Below are positions 25,201-39,434 of a stretch of 64,000 nucleotides of DNA, one piece after another. Each line of letters starts with the position of its first letter. Position 1 is the stretch's first letter. The translations under genes were made by a program, and so were the position numbers. The stretch is from Phoronis australis. Its lineage: Eukaryota > Animalia > Phoronida. The stretch covers positions 283,034 through 347,033 of the forward strand of contig NMRA01000086.1 of NCBI GenBank assembly GCA_002633005.1, given 5' to 3'. Below the pieces are notes generated by a model that saw nothing but the letters and a program-made list of their open reading frames with translations, searched no databases and had not been told where the DNA came from.

Positions 25201-28200
25201 GTCTTCGTAAACGAAAGTACAATTTTCAGAAGTCTAATGAAGTGGTACAGCAAGTGCTGAAGACGGTTACTATAAAAAGAAATATTGTGTCGCAGTCAGA
25301 AGGAAATGAGAAATTAGAAAGTGGAAAATCGCAGGAGGTTGACATGTCGAACAGTGATAGTACGCAATCCAGTGATCACGTGGAACCCAACTGCTACACA
25401 AGTAAACCTGCTGATAGTGCAGGTAGTGTCAGTTTGGAGACTGATAGGACTTTGAGCACTGCTTGTGTTTCAATATTGTCATCAGGTGCAGTCGAAACAC
25501 CTGATGCCCAAACAGAGCTATTACCTACTGGTGACAGTGACAATGAGCTAAAAATAGAATCAGCGACGTCAGTACCAGGTATTGATGTAACACAGTCTGG
25601 TCTGCTGAGGGATGACGGTGTAATCAAACTGAGGCCTCAAGAAAAAAAGAAGGTATGGTGTTTCATTTTTCATCCAAATCTAACATAAGCAAATACTTAT
25701 TGTCATGTATGCGTTCTATAATACTCAACTAATTTGTTGTTTGCTTGATCTTCATAACGTGTCACACTTAAGCTTGATGTCTTCAATTCGTCTTAGCCTT
25801 AATGCATTATGCTGACTTGTGTTAAGATCATAAAACATTATTTGGCTGTGGTCCGAGGTTTCTGAAAATGGAGTTCGTGGTGCGTTTTTAAAAAAAAAAT
25901 CCATCTGAGATGGGTAAAAGTGATGTTTTTTTGCTCATCGTATGTCAAGTCATGTTGCTTTAAGCTTGAGTCACCCTTGTTTATGTGCTTTTGTTTATCT
26001 TTTCAAAGAAAAACACACACTAGACCAGGGTTCAAATTGATGCAGGTGGTGATTTTTAGTCTGGATAGAGACCAGAAGCTGAATGACTTCAATTCATTTA
26101 CTCAACATTTGCCAACCAGCAGGCTCATATGCTAGCTCTGTGAGTCTTTAAATGCCTGTTGTTTCCCAGCCCTGTGGTGCTGTGTTGACTGGAACAATGC
26201 TGAGCTGTATGTTGTATATTTTAAGTCCTTCACTTGACATTTGTGGTATGAAGTCCTCGCTAATGGCATGAAAACTGTTAATTTTCTTTAGTAAGTGAAA
26301 ATGACAGCTTTGACATACCGATCTCTTTAGTGGTGGCCATTTTGGTAGTCTGTGCTAGTGAGGGCTTGATATTACTCACAAAAGCATTTGGCTTTCACTG
26401 GCGTGGTCTTGTGTGATGTCGTTCTTCTTTCAAGAAACATCTCTTCAGAAGAAACCATGTGCAAAGACCTTGGTGAAAGAGACAGCAACTATCACTGCAA
26501 CAGCCAAGGTTGAATTAGCATTCCTTCATTTGAGTGCCCACCACAGTCACCACTGAGCCACAAGGACAATGCTATTGATTTATTTGGTATCAACTAAATG
26601 TTTACAGTGAATACGTATCTTTCAGATTGACTTCTCTGACAAGTTGTACTTGGCTCCTCTCACGACTGTAAGTAACTTGTATTGACTTGCTCTCTGTCTA
26701 AAAATAAATTTCGATTTACTGCACTAACCATTATAAAATCGATCTTGATATGTTGGCAATTCCTGAGTTTGAGATGAAGTGAGGAGCCGTTATTGCTTGA
26801 GATCAGGGTCACTTGGTTCTATTGTCACGGCGGGTCATTATATGCACCATGCATGATTTCAAGCACAACCCAACTGTCAGTTTTCTTATCCCAGGAACAA
26901 TTAAACAAAGTTAAACAAAGTCCACTAAGCTACAGAAAGAACAAAACTTTGAGTGATTGCAAGGTACAGTAATACTTTCACAGCTGTCACTGTGGCATCA
27001 AAAATCTCAGTATTCGGTTTCAAGTGGGATTATGTGTCATGAAAACACCTCAGTTTCACATGGGATCATGTTTCATGAAAACATACCTAGTTTCATGTGG
27101 GTCCATGTGTCATGAAAACACGCCTAGTTTCACATAGAATCAGGGCAATTCCAACTTGCGAATACACAATGTTTTTTTGACCTGTCTTCCTGGATGTGAT
27201 GTTTGTGATCCATATACCAGTTTGTGACCTGTGTGCCCTGCTGTATTGAGGCCTTAGTTGTTAGTTAAAAAATTACGCTTAGGGTATTATATGTAGATAC
27301 AATAGTAAGATAATGAAGTGTAAACTGTTACCAAACATTGTGATACAAATGAGATGTTCTGTACAAACATAGACATCTCTCTGTGCTTTTTTAACTATGA
27401 AATTGTGAGAAACTGGCTACGCTGATAACCGTGGGCCTACACAGTCTTCTTGAAAGTATTTTTGTACATACGAAAAACCCTGTGATTGTCCTACGTAAAT
27501 GAGTGGAGCTTATGTTAAACTTAAAACATAAGCACCTACAAACATGATGCAAAGCACATGTATATCTTGCTTCAGCTTGTCATCATCAGAGGAAACTGAC
27601 TTATGACTTGTTTAGTACTTATTGCCTAAATGAGAATTTCATAACTGTTCATGTATTTTGCCACCTGTTGGTGACACTGATAGCCATTATTTATTCTGTC
27701 ACCAGGTGGGCAATTTGCCGTTCCGCCGTGTTTGTAAACAGTTTGGTGCTGACATCACTTGCGGTGAGATGGCCATGTGTACTAACTTGCTGCAAGGACA
27801 GAGCTCAGAGTGGGCGCTGCTCAAAAGGCACGAAAGCGAGGACATATTTGGTGTTCAGGTGTGTAAATTGCTACTTATCTAAAAAGATCCAGTGCATGAA
27901 TGGGGGGGGGGGGTGGAGAATGATGTGCTTGTCCATGTATTGTCACATAGCCAAGCTAAGGTGGGTTGCTAACCTCCTAATCCCTTGTTCTGAGGTGTGC
28001 TGTAATCTTTTATACACGGTTTGTACTGAGACACAAATATCACAAAGATGTTATATCTGTAACACGTTGGAAAAAATCCAAGATGATCGTTTCTGAAACT
28101 TCTTTATCTATTATATGCACGATTAGATACCTGTTCAGAGTTGCAGATGGTCACACCACGTGACCTAATAAGTAAAAGTGTCAACATTGTTGACCCTGAT

Positions 28201-31200
28201 GAGGTATCTTGCTGTGCATATGGTAAAAAAATTCCATTTTGGGACTGAAAAGTTAACTATTTTCCCAAGGTGTTAGCTTGTACCAAATTTACCAAAAATT
28301 GGGCGAAAGACAGAAAAACTGCCCATTCCGAATTCTCTTGTGTCGGCAACTATTTTCATGATTGATCTCAGACTTAGTAGATACAAAACGCAGTTTCCGA
28401 TGCTTTAAAAGTACAACGAACACCAAAATTGCCCATATTTCAATCTTCAGAATCTAGAAAATTCCATTTCAGCTTGAATTACAGTATCCCAAATTTTAGA
28501 GACTGTGCCAAACTGGAGAATGTTTTACGTGGAATGAAGAATGAAGCTGTTCCTCTCTAATTATAAGATTTTGTAGTGAGTGCCTCATGACCTATTGACA
28601 CATTCTGATCTTTGAATGTCATCCTCAATATTGACTTTTAAATTAGTGTTTGTGTTTTTTACCAGCTGTGTGGTGCGTATCCAGACTCCATGACCAAGTG
28701 TGCGCAGCTGTTGACTGAAAAGACCAACATTGACTTCATCGACATCAATGTTGGATGTCCCATTGACTTGATTTTTAAACGGGTAAACTCAAGAGATTGT
28801 AGATAAAGCTGACTTGTATCTTCCTAGTCTCTTTTTGAAGCTAAGCACTATGAGTAAATCCTGTTCCTTTAAGGAAGCAAAATGTATTAGTAGGTTTTTT
28901 GTGTGACACGTTCCATCTCTTCAGCATCTGTGAGTTTATAAAGAACTGACAGTTCCTTATTCCGGTCATGCTTGACACATAAAGTGTGGTGTGACAAATC
29001 GACTTTTAGAGCCTTGTCTCTAGCAATAACAAACATGTCAGTTCGTTTGAAGCCCTGAAATCACTTCCCGTTTGACTGATGAACAATTTGAGCCAACTGT
29101 AAGTAGCCTTACTCAGAAGTCGATTTTTGTGATTGAAGGAAGGCCTCTTTAAAATGAACACGCAACGACATTTCCCGTTTTGTATTGGGTAACTCTGTCT
29201 TCACTCATTCGCTGCATTAACAAGTTGCGCTTATGGTTTTTGCTTTAATCGAGTGTTTGCCACTTAGGCTCATGCACATAACTCTTGACATTGATGTGGG
29301 TCTACTATAAATACTTGCATTTTTGGTATGGATCTACTTTTTAACATGTGCTTGTAAATAACTTGCTCAATTGCAGGGAGAGGGCAGTGCACTTATGGGC
29401 AAAGCAACCCGCTTTGAGCAGATTGTAAAGTCAATGTCTGCTGTTATGGACATACCGTTGACGGTGAAAACAAGAACAGGAATATTCAATGACAAGAACC
29501 TTGCCCACAACCTTGTACCCAAGCTAAGAGACTGGGGTGTGTCTCTAGTCACAGTAAGTAATAATTTAAGGATATCTATCTCAAACCTTATTCCCAAAAA
29601 TTGGCCATTTTTACAATATTTCACACAGGTCTTGTCTTCATTCTCGGGGAACTTCAAATACGAAATATATACCGTGTAGCAAGAAAAAAAAATTTAGCAG
29701 AACCACCTTGGAACCGCACAACGGCATGGAAATTTGTTTACTTCTTATCCGAGGTCAAATATCACTCAAATCGAATCTCCCTCCAGCACAAAGCAATTCC
29801 ATATGTACCCTCAGTCCTTTCAGTCACCGAGTCACCATAATATTGAGTCAACGAAGTGTACATAGGATAGAAAGATGCCGCAGAAAACGAAGACAAAATG
29901 TAGCGTTGATCTGAAGGAGTTGTGCGTCTGCATGCATACAACCATTGAGAATGAATGCACCGAGTCTGAGTCGCAGCACGGGCCTCTGTGACTTAGTGTT
30001 CACTATCACAGCAAGTTGTTAAAAAATATAAATCCTCCCCAAAATTCATTAATTTTCGATAATTTGACATTTCAATGTTTCGATCTCGTGCTCATGAAGC
30101 ACTTTAACCACTTAGTCGATTACTGCTGTCCATTTCATACTTGGTTTCTTGATATCATTCTCCTCGGCGCGTGGTATGAATACAATGAACTGTTGGCCTA
30201 CTTTCTGCTGACTCCACCTTAACACGAAATATCTGAAGCCCCACGTACAAAATTAAAATAGTTGTAGTGATAATTATGTTAATTACGCACTGCAAATTCA
30301 GTTGTCATAGCGAGTGAATGTTGAAATATAGCAAACATGGTTAAGGCATGTATAGGTTATATTGACCAAAAACAAATTCTCACTTAATAATTATTCAAAG
30401 ACCTTGAGACTTTCACCTCTTACGATTTAATCGTCTTTCTCTCGGCTTTGGCAAATCGACTTAATTTGAACTTGGGAACACGAGTTCTCGAAAATGGCTC
30501 AGTGGGTTTCGCTGAAACTTTCTAAACTTAATATTTATTCATCAATCTCAAAAACATTGTTAGGGTTTTTGATACAAAGGCCTAGTTTTTGCATAATGTA
30601 ACAAAGTTGAATAGGACTGCTATTTTGACAAAAATACCATGCGTTTTGGAAGGTTATTTGTCATAGAAACTAAACTAGAAGACTAATCGAAAATTCTGAT
30701 CAGTGTTTTTGAGGTTACTGGTGAAGTTTTCATTTAAAAAAGGTTTCATTAAAATCAACTGAGGTGTTATTTTGCTGTGAATATACCTTTCTTAGAAAAT
30801 TAACGTAATAATAATTATACTAGTTGACAACTCCTGGTTTTTGTGATAGACGAGCTAGAATGGAGGTCACTGAGATAACCTTAAAGGCTTTGTTGTTTGG
30901 TTTTCTACATTGCACTACTAGTTTTAAAGGCAACGTTGTTGTCCTGAAATTCAATTTGAAATAGCTGTGTAGTTGAAGAAAACCACTGTTTTTTAATAAT
31001 TTTAGATAAAAATACATTTCACCAGTTATTGAAGTACAGCTTAGTTGACAGGTATTTTGTCTTGGATATCAGATACTGGTTATGTAGAAATAAGTAACAG
31101 CACAAAGTTGACTTCCCTTTCACCAAAGTTTACTTGTGACTCGCACACGACTCTTGAATGTTTGTGTGCATTTACTTATATCTAATATTCTACAATTATT

Positions 31201-33906
31201 ATTCAGTGCTGATGGTTGAAGAACAGAGTTTCTACTAGAAAACTCACTGAAGATGCAAAATTAAGTGCACACATTCCAAATAAGTGGCTTGTTGATTTTA
31301 TAAAAATGCAGCTCTGAAATTATTTTGAATTCCTGCTTTGTTCTATTAGTGTCATCTTTCTTCAGCTTCACGGTCGGTCACGTGAACAGCGCTACACTAA
31401 GCTGGCTGACTGGGACTACATCAAGCTTTGTGCTGAAGTCGCCAAACCCATGCCCTTATTTGGCAATGGTGACATCCTGTCGTATGAAGATGCAAACCTC
31501 CGCTGCCAGCAGTTTGGTGTCAATGGTCTCATGATAGCCAGGTACTGAAATAATGAATAAAAAGTTACTTGGTAAACCCAGTTTTGCTTAGAATTTACAA
31601 GGCATCTGCTGATGACTACATGTTTAACTTATAACACTCTGACGATTGTATCAGTTGTTATAATTCCAAATATCATGATATGCACTGATGAAAACAGTTG
31701 ATGCTGTATAATGTTCTTATCCTACGTAACACTCAAGATTTTTTTGGACAAGTGGGTTTAGACAGATTGCTTCACTTATTTTTATGTAGTTTTATAATTA
31801 AGAAATCATTATAAAGTTGATGCTGATTGCAGGTTGTGTGACACGTGTTACTTTCTGTTCTCGAGAGTTTTGGGAAAAACTTTTCTCTCAGTGCAATATA
31901 GTAATGACTGATAGGTTGCACGTATTCTTACTTCTTATTGGTTCATTAATTCGAATGATTTTTGACTAGTTTGATTCTTCTGTTATTTGAAAATTTTCCT
32001 TGTTGTATCAAAGAATTGTCAATATAACAATACAGTTGTGAATGCTGAACTTTGAACATCACATTTTAACACACAGTTGCATATTAGATATGGAATTTCG
32101 TACTAAGGTGTATTTTATAATAAAATTTGGAATATTCAATAAAACTTGTGTTAAAGCATCCTGCACAGCCGAGACTGTAGACTTACTACTTAGAACATTT
32201 ATTTTATAATTAGTAATATGTTCAAAGTTCGCACTTCACAGCCATGCAAGTTTTCTGTGTGTCCGTTTGGCGTAGAATTTGTAAAATTAACATTACTATT
32301 TAGTTCCTGCCAAACCTTAGAATTGTTTGAATCACACTAATTTAAAATTTGGTACTCAAGGTTCACACTGGGTTCAGGTAAGAAAATCCAGTTTGCTGCT
32401 TCTTTCAGGGGTGCTCTCATTAAACCTTGGCTTTTTACGGAGATCAAGGAACAGCGGCACTGGGATATCTCATCCTCTGAGCGATTCGACATTCTGAAGG
32501 ACTTTACAAACTATGGCTTGCAGCACTGGGGTTCCGACACTCAGGGAGTGGAGACGACACGTCGTTTCCTACTAGAGTGGCTCTCTTTCCTCTACAGGTG
32601 AGTATGTGTCTACCTGAAGGCAAAAAACCCTCCCGAGTTTTGTGACACATCCTTACTGACCATTCCAGTGGGAGACCCTCCAACTTAGGAAGGAAGTCTC
32701 TGGATTTCTAAATCAAATTATTAAAACAGGAAGTGGGATTAGAGCTCATTATCTTGTGATCTATAGCTAAGATCTCCGTTGGGACAGAGATCTGTTCAGA
32801 CTTAACAGTAGCTCATGTAACGTGACCAACATATGGCATGTAAGAAAAATTATTTGTCATTTCCTGCACTTCCGTTTTCAAGTGAGTGCCTGGCTTGATA
32901 GCTACCTTCATGAGGTATGTATGCGGCCACCAATCACTTTTTTGGTCTCTTCCTGGCTTCGTTCAGAGATTTTTACTGCAAAATGGCCGCTGTATGGATG
33001 TTGAGTTCACAAGTAATTGTCACCAACAGGTACATTCCCGTCGGTGTGCTTGAGAGACTGCCTCAGCGAATCAACGAGAAGCCACCGCACTACTTTGGAC
33101 GTAACGATCTGGAAACTCTGATGTCTAGCCCCAACTGTGCTGACTGGGTGCGAATGAGGTAGGCTTGGCATCGACAATTGCTTATGCGCATCAAAACATT
33201 CCTTTTTGGGCCAAGTATCAACTTTCTTACGGAACTACTTTCGTAAAGAAAAATTTGAATTCCATGTGTTTAAATCATGTGTCCAAACCATTAAATCAAT
33301 GCCAAATAATGTATTCAGTCTGCAGAATGCATTACCAGTTAATTAAATCAGTTCTTGGCCACAGTAAGACTAAAAGCTGGGCGATCGCTGCACAAATGAA
33401 GAAGTTCATGATAAATCAACAAATAGATGAAACGTAGATTTATCATGAACTTCTTCATTTGTGCGGCGATCATCTGGTTTTTAACATTACCAGTTGTGTG
33501 GGTGGTTAGTTTGATAGTGTGACAATTTATTAAGTAGTTTGGACTCTTGATTTTGAAGTTACTACCCAGTTTGGTATAGTGGGTTGTTCGTCACCCTGGC
33601 AGATCAGTTCAAATCTAATAAGGTTGATACTTTCTTGGTTTCTTACGAATCAATATGAATTCTGTGTCACAGCATGTTTAGAACAGTTATATTTGGGTGT
33701 AAAGATAACTTATGTTCGCACTGTTAGTTGAGTGAAAACAAACTGTTTTGCCAATTGGAACATCAGACACCATAATTTGTTTTGTTTGCGCTCAAGTACA
33801 CAGTCCTGATTTTAATGTTTGTCTTTTTTGTAGCGAAATGTTGCTTGGAAAAGTGCCCGAGGGATTCACGTTCCTACCTAAGCACAAGGCCAACTCCTTC
33901 AAATAA
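22290..33906 (+). CDS. DUS3L: tRNA-dihydrouridine(47) synthase [NAD(P)+]-like, ~724 aa
   Basis: 11 GT-AG exons: 22290-22495, 23102-23235, 24874-25652, 26626-26667, 27706-27858, 28666-28782, 29377-29553, 31366-31541, 32409-32597, 33030-33158, 33834-33906 (2175 nt, in frame). Two CCCH fingers, [15 protein letters not shown], catalytic [16 protein letters not shown], and C-terminal [11 protein letters not shown]. Confidence 0.96.
23590..24700 (+). mobile_element. Nested Helentron-associated (HINE/DINE-1-like) non-autonomous elements
   Basis: Internal subrepeats cccctagtggcaatttt. 3' ends gtgggcgcatttcaacgctccgcgttgctcttg at ~24298-24331, plus a degraded one at ~24665-24699. Confidence 0.65.
27023..27140. 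repeat. ~37-bp degenerate tandem repeat, ~3 copies
   Basis: tggga.catgtgtcatgaaaaca..cctagtttcac-like units repeated three times. Confidence 0.7.
33363..33490 (+). other. Intronic long hairpin (last DUS3L intron)
   Basis: 35-bp stem 33383-33417 / 33437-33471 with a 19-nt loop, extended by a wobble-rich outer stem. Confidence 0.8.
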
Positions 33907-33973
33907 GACAGGATATACCTGAGATCTTCACATGATGCGAGCACAGTATTGCTGGACAGTTGTGATAACTTCA

Positions 33974-35493
33974 TTTTTATGCGCCCACATATTTATATGC
34001 GGGCGGCGTCCGTCCGGTGTCCGGCGTCCACTGCTCTATCTCCAAAACCCTTTGACATATGTTCATGAAATTTGGCACATATGTTCCATTCATGAATGGG
34101 ACGGCATGTGCAAACTTTCAGACGGATCCGATTACCGGTGTGCCCCCTAGTGGCAATTTTAGTTTTTTACGCTTACCTTTGTATCTTCAAAAGTCCTGAA
34201 CGGATTTTCATGAAATTTGGTATGTAGGCACCTATTAGTGAGATGACGCTATCCTGCCGTTTTCAGATGGATTCGACATAGTTTGCGCCACCTAGTGGCC
34301 ATTTTTAGTGTTTCCGAGTCTGTTTTTGTGCNNNNNNNNNNNNNNNNNNNNNNNNNNNNNNNNNNNNNNNNNNNNNNNNNNNNNNNNNNNNNNNNNNNNN
34401 NNNNNNNNNNNNNNNNNNNNNNNNNNNNNNNNNNNNNNNNNNNNNNNNNNNNNNNNNNNNNNNNNNNNNNNNNNNNNNNNNNNNNNNNNNNNNNNNNNNN
34501 NNNNNNNNNNNNNNNNNNNNNNNNNNNNNNNNNNNNNNNNNNNNNNNNNNNNNNNNNNNNNNNNNNNNNNNNNNNNNNNNNNNNNNNNNNNNNNNNNNNN
34601 NNNNNNNNNNNNNNNNNNNNNNNNNNNNNNNNNNNNNNNNNNNNNNNNNNNNNNNNNNNNNNNNNNNNNNNNNNNNNNNNNNNNNNNNNNNNNNNNNNNN
34701 NNNNNNNNNNNNNNNNNNNNNNNNNNNNNNNNNNNNNNNNNNNNNNNNNNNNNNNNNNNNNNNNNNNNNNNNNNNNNNNNNNNNNNNNNNNNNNNNNNNN
34801 NNNNNNNNNNNNNNNNNNNNNNNNNNNNNNNNNNNNNNNNNNNNNNNNNNNNNNNNNNNNNNNNNNNNNNNNNNNNNNNNNNNNNNNNNNNNNNNNNNNN
34901 NNNNNNNNNNNNNNNNNNNNNNNNNNNNNNNNNNNNNNNNNNNNNNNNNNNNNNNNNNNNNNNNNNNNNNNNNNNNNNNNNNNNNNNNNNNNNNNNNNNN
35001 NNNNNNNNNNNNNNNNNNNNNNNNNNNNNNNNNNNNNNNNNNNNNNNNNNNNNNNNNNNNNNNNNNNNNNNNNNNNNNNNNNNNNNNNNNNNNNNNNNNN
35101 NNNNNNNNNNNNNNNNNNNNNNNNNNNNNNNNNNNNNNNNNNNNNNNNNNNNNNNNNNNNNNNNNNNNNNNNNNNNNNNNNNNNNNNNNNNNNNNNNNNN
35201 NNNNNNNNNNNNNNNNNNNNNNNNNNNNNNNGTTGGTAAATTTGTTTTAAATTCTATGTTTCTGTGGTGCTTTAAGCAACTGATGTATAGGATGTGCTTG
35301 TATTATGAAGATCACTCACATTTTGCCCCTAGCCTATTGAGGAGACAATGACCATGCCTTTCCATTTTGCAAAGTACAACATACTACATATATGCCCTCT
35401 ACTGGCCACTTTATGGTACCAATAAACAACCCTAGAAGGATACCGTATGCGGTGCAACTGTGGGCGCATTTCAACGCTCTGCGTTGCTCTTGT
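33974..35493 (+). mobile_element. HINE/DINE-1-like element spanning the assembly gap
   Basis: 5' tttttatgcgcccaca followed by a CGTC-type microsatellite. 3' tgtgggcgcat subterminal IR plus a caacgc-tct-gcgttg stem-loop. Ns at 34332-35231. Confidence 0.7.
34332..35231. other. Assembly gap (900 N)
   Basis: Run of Ns. Confidence 1.
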
Positions 35494-36346
35494 TCAATAT
35501 TTCTTAAAGCTTGTGCAAAGTGCTGCTTCTCAGTAACCTGTTGTGGAACTTTAAATGATTACTGTGACTGTGGGAGATACAGAATTTTTATTTCATACAA
35601 CTGGCAGCTTGTGGTACTGTTTGTTTTACAAAGCTGTAGTGAGGTGCCTAGTGAAGGAAATAGTTGAAATATAATTATATACTCGTCAATAAATGTTGTA
35701 TCTCATTAATTCGCATTTGAATGTCAGCTGTTAGAAATGACCGAGATAGTAGATGGTGCATGCAGCACCCGCTTTCCACAGTGTCACTTAAATTTCGTAG
35801 GGTATTTACTCGCATTTCTCCACCATTGTCTTGCTCCTTCATGACTCCTAATGCTTCATTACCGTGGTGGTAATTTTTATATCGAGCTTTTGACACTCGT
35901 GGTTTGACAGGCATGAAAAACAGTCAGCTACTATGGCGACACCGAAATTTTGGGAAATGGAGTCCTTGGGGTCATTTTTGTCACTTTCTGGTGTTGCATG
36001 GATGGTAAATACAAGCCACGGGTATAGTGATTTATGTGAAATACGGTAATCGCTTTCTAGGATAACTAGGGAACAGTATTTTTAGTAAAAGTAATACGTT
36101 CGTTATGGCCAACAAACCAATTTTTTCTTATTTATCGCATTCGTTATGGAATGTGGCCCTAGTAATTTAGCTTTTAATGAGGACGTCAATTTCAGAAGCC
36201 AATGATTCAAAACTCATTAGTTTCAGTGTAAAATATTGCAATTTATTTTCACCGGCCAGTGTTTGTTGCTGTAAAGTCATCACCACCTCACAGGGATTCG
36301 AGGTCTGGGCTCCGGCATCAAGCTACTTTAGCTTTAACTTAGACCA

Positions 36347-36426
36347 CAGGCACCTTTAATCAGCCCCTCAACGATATATTATTATACCGGTATATCGTCG
36401 AGGGGCTGATTAAACGGGTGCCTTTG
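36347..36426. mobile_element. 80-bp hairpin MITE with a 9-bp TSD
   Basis: CTTAGACCA at 36338-36346 and 36427-36435. The interior is almost entirely palindromic (tttaatcagcccctc / gaggggctgattaaa). Confidence 0.8.
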
Positions 36427-39400
36427 CTTAGACCATTAACTATATTGTCATTCCATCACATGTCACGTTGCGTTGACGTCATGCCAACAATCAAACTTAA
36501 TTGAGATTTTCATGAAACAACCCTGGTTTTTGCCCGCCGGCTCTCGGATTGCGACGTACACAACACTTTTTAGTGCCATCGTTGTATTTACCGGTCCTCT
36601 GAGGTCATGCAAATGTGAAAACTGGCACTTCATAAACGACGTTCAAGTTAAAAACGCCGCCATGCCTCGATGAAAATGGAGATAAATGTATCACCACTCT
36701 CAAAAATACCTTTATAAAAATAGTTCTGTGATCTAATCTTCTCGGACGACCACAAAACTTCCCGCGTTCCACTCAGTTTCTTCAGGAGAAAAGTGATCAC
36801 AGTCCCATTGAAGCACTTCAGTAGTTTCTTTGTTGGGTTAATCCAGCTCGTCACAGTGGGGTGCCTTGAATACTTTAAACCTGGTTTTACTCAACCCGCT
36901 CTCTGCAAGCAAGAGCTACATGAGGCGTTGAAATCCACCCACGACTGCAATGCAATTACAGTAGTGTTTTTAATGGCCATTAAACGGCACAGAATACATT
37001 GAAACTATCCAAAGCAAGGCGTCGTCTTCTCTCTAAGAACACTGTTCTACAAAATTAAATGAAAATTCGCAAAGGAATTCTAAAGCGAGAGACAGGCGTA
37101 ACTCACTTTTTTGAGAAAAAAATCCATTCGGAGGCACAGCAGTGGTCCAATTGTTGTCGACTTTAAAATAGGACTACACATGCCACGTGGGTAGGGGCGG
37201 GTAGGGGTGAGTACAGGTGAGTGGGGCATTTGGTGATCAGTGTCATACCGTATAATGCGCTTACAAGGTAGTTACGCTTTCTAAAGATATGCTGATCAGA
37301 GTTAACAATATAACATGGATTATTTATTTAATATTCTTTCAATATCTTTCAACCAGATTTTAGACTAGAAACAGTTGTATTTAACTTTTGCCCACTCTTC
37401 ACTTTTTATGACTGACAAAGTTAGAATAGTTATGTAGTCAGTGCAACCGAAACTGTCCAGAAATTCCAAATCTTCAGTTTGGCTATCACCATCATTTGTA
37501 CTTTTGTATACATGTTATGATTTGAATTCTAATAAAGATTAAACTTGGACTAATGGCACGTGTGTAGTTTGATCGCTGTGAAAATGATGTTTAGTGTAGC
37601 TGTAATCTGGAAAGTTCAATTAACGAAACTAATTAAGCTTCGTTGACGATCAAAATCTACCACTGTTTTGGTACTTCAAATTTGAAAATAAAATAACAAG
37701 ATATCAACCGTTCCCGATAAAAAACAGGTAGACAGAAGTATTAAAACCGGTATGAAACATATCGTTCCTTTGCGAACTGAGTGGTCCTCTGTCAAGATAA
37801 ACACACCGAATTAACTTTTTAGTCATTCTAACATTTAAAATGTACCAAGTTCAAACTATTCTCCACAGTTGCAGGTTATATCTTTGTGCAAATGCCAGAG
37901 AAACCCAATTTGGGTGTGATAACAACCATCATTGTTGCCAGACAGTAGTACTACAGTTATTACCGTACCTTTCCATTTCAGTAGCTCAACCTCTACACTG
38001 CAGTGATCAACGGGCGAGTTGAATAGGCAGCCCGACATAGTGACCCCGAGGACACTTTATGGCTCACTATTTCTGGTAGTTTTGCTGCCTGTGAACTAGC
38101 GGTATTAAAAAACGCAGGTAGCCTGGGTATAGATTTCAGCCGATAGTTATAAAACTTTTCAAGCCTGGAAACATTGACCTGAGTCTGAGATCGCCGCGCG
38201 GGGGCTCGGTCCAATATCTTAACTATTTTTTCATAAATCCATGTCCAAAGTAAAAATGACAACAATCTGACGTAATTATGACCCCCATTGCGAGATGTTT
38301 TGACATCGCCTACTGAGTCTCATATTGCACGGCAGCTGGGACCCCGACCGGCGGCACCCGCCGGCTACTGGTTAGCCGGGCGGCCGGGTCTTCGCAGCCA
38401 GGGTGCATGGGTTAGCTCAATAATGGACGACGCAAAATGATGCATGAAGTTGACAATTATTTGAAATTAGCAGTTTCCATGCTCATCGTCTGGTACCACA
38501 TGAGGAAAGCTCACTCACTACTCAGCCATGGCTCTCAAGGGCCTGGTCCATGACTGAGCGTTTTCCCGTTCAGTGACTTAAGTTACCAGACGACGGGCCG
38601 TTCTGAGTGAGTGATAACATCTATCTTCTTTGTTAACTGCCAAGCACAGTCTTTTGTCTGTCATGACAACAGGCACGCTAATTATCTACCACTGAGGTTT
38701 ATTACAGACCACGTATGAACACCGTCAAACCCGCCCGACTAGACTGAATTGTGGCAACACTTGAAAAGAATAGTGATTACAATGTATCGTAACTTCGGTT
38801 GCAGTTGGGCGATTTTGGCGATTCAAGAAGTAAACATGGTCACCATTTGACGAGGATCTCAGAAATGCTATTGGTTTATGTTCAAATATGTTATAACTTA
38901 ACTTTTATTTTTAACAGCGAGCATAGGCTATACGCAATTATCGAACACCAGAGCTGGCCCTCCAATTACCACGAATACCAGAATGGAGTTAATCAGCCGT
39001 GTAAGACATTGGCTACAGGGGTAAACTTCCCAATTTGTTGTTGGGTTATAGAACCGAACAAGTTGAGAGCAACGAGAGGAAACGCCGTAATGCAGTCTTT
39101 GTACAGTGTTCCTTTATAGATTCATTGCTATTGTGACTGTTCCTTTGTTGGTCATGGCGCGTTCCATAATATTAGACCTACAATATTTCCTATGATACTT
39201 CTGCGTATCACGAAGTCATACCTAATAAATGTGTTTATGTACACTACGGACTCCAAAACACCCAAATAAACTGAAATGACACGAAGAAGTAAGTTTTGGG
39301 AAATTTGTGATTCCATGTTTTACACACGCTCTTCACACATGCGCGCTTGAATCTTCCTGTTGGGCACCGCTTTCGTCCTGTCGAGCAACAGCGGGGATTT

Positions 39401-39434
39401 CAGTTTGTTTCAGTTGCGAGAAAAGGCAACCGAA

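Noticed and set aside
34283-35351. 318-aa and 347-aa ORFs
   Set aside because: They consist of translated Ns.
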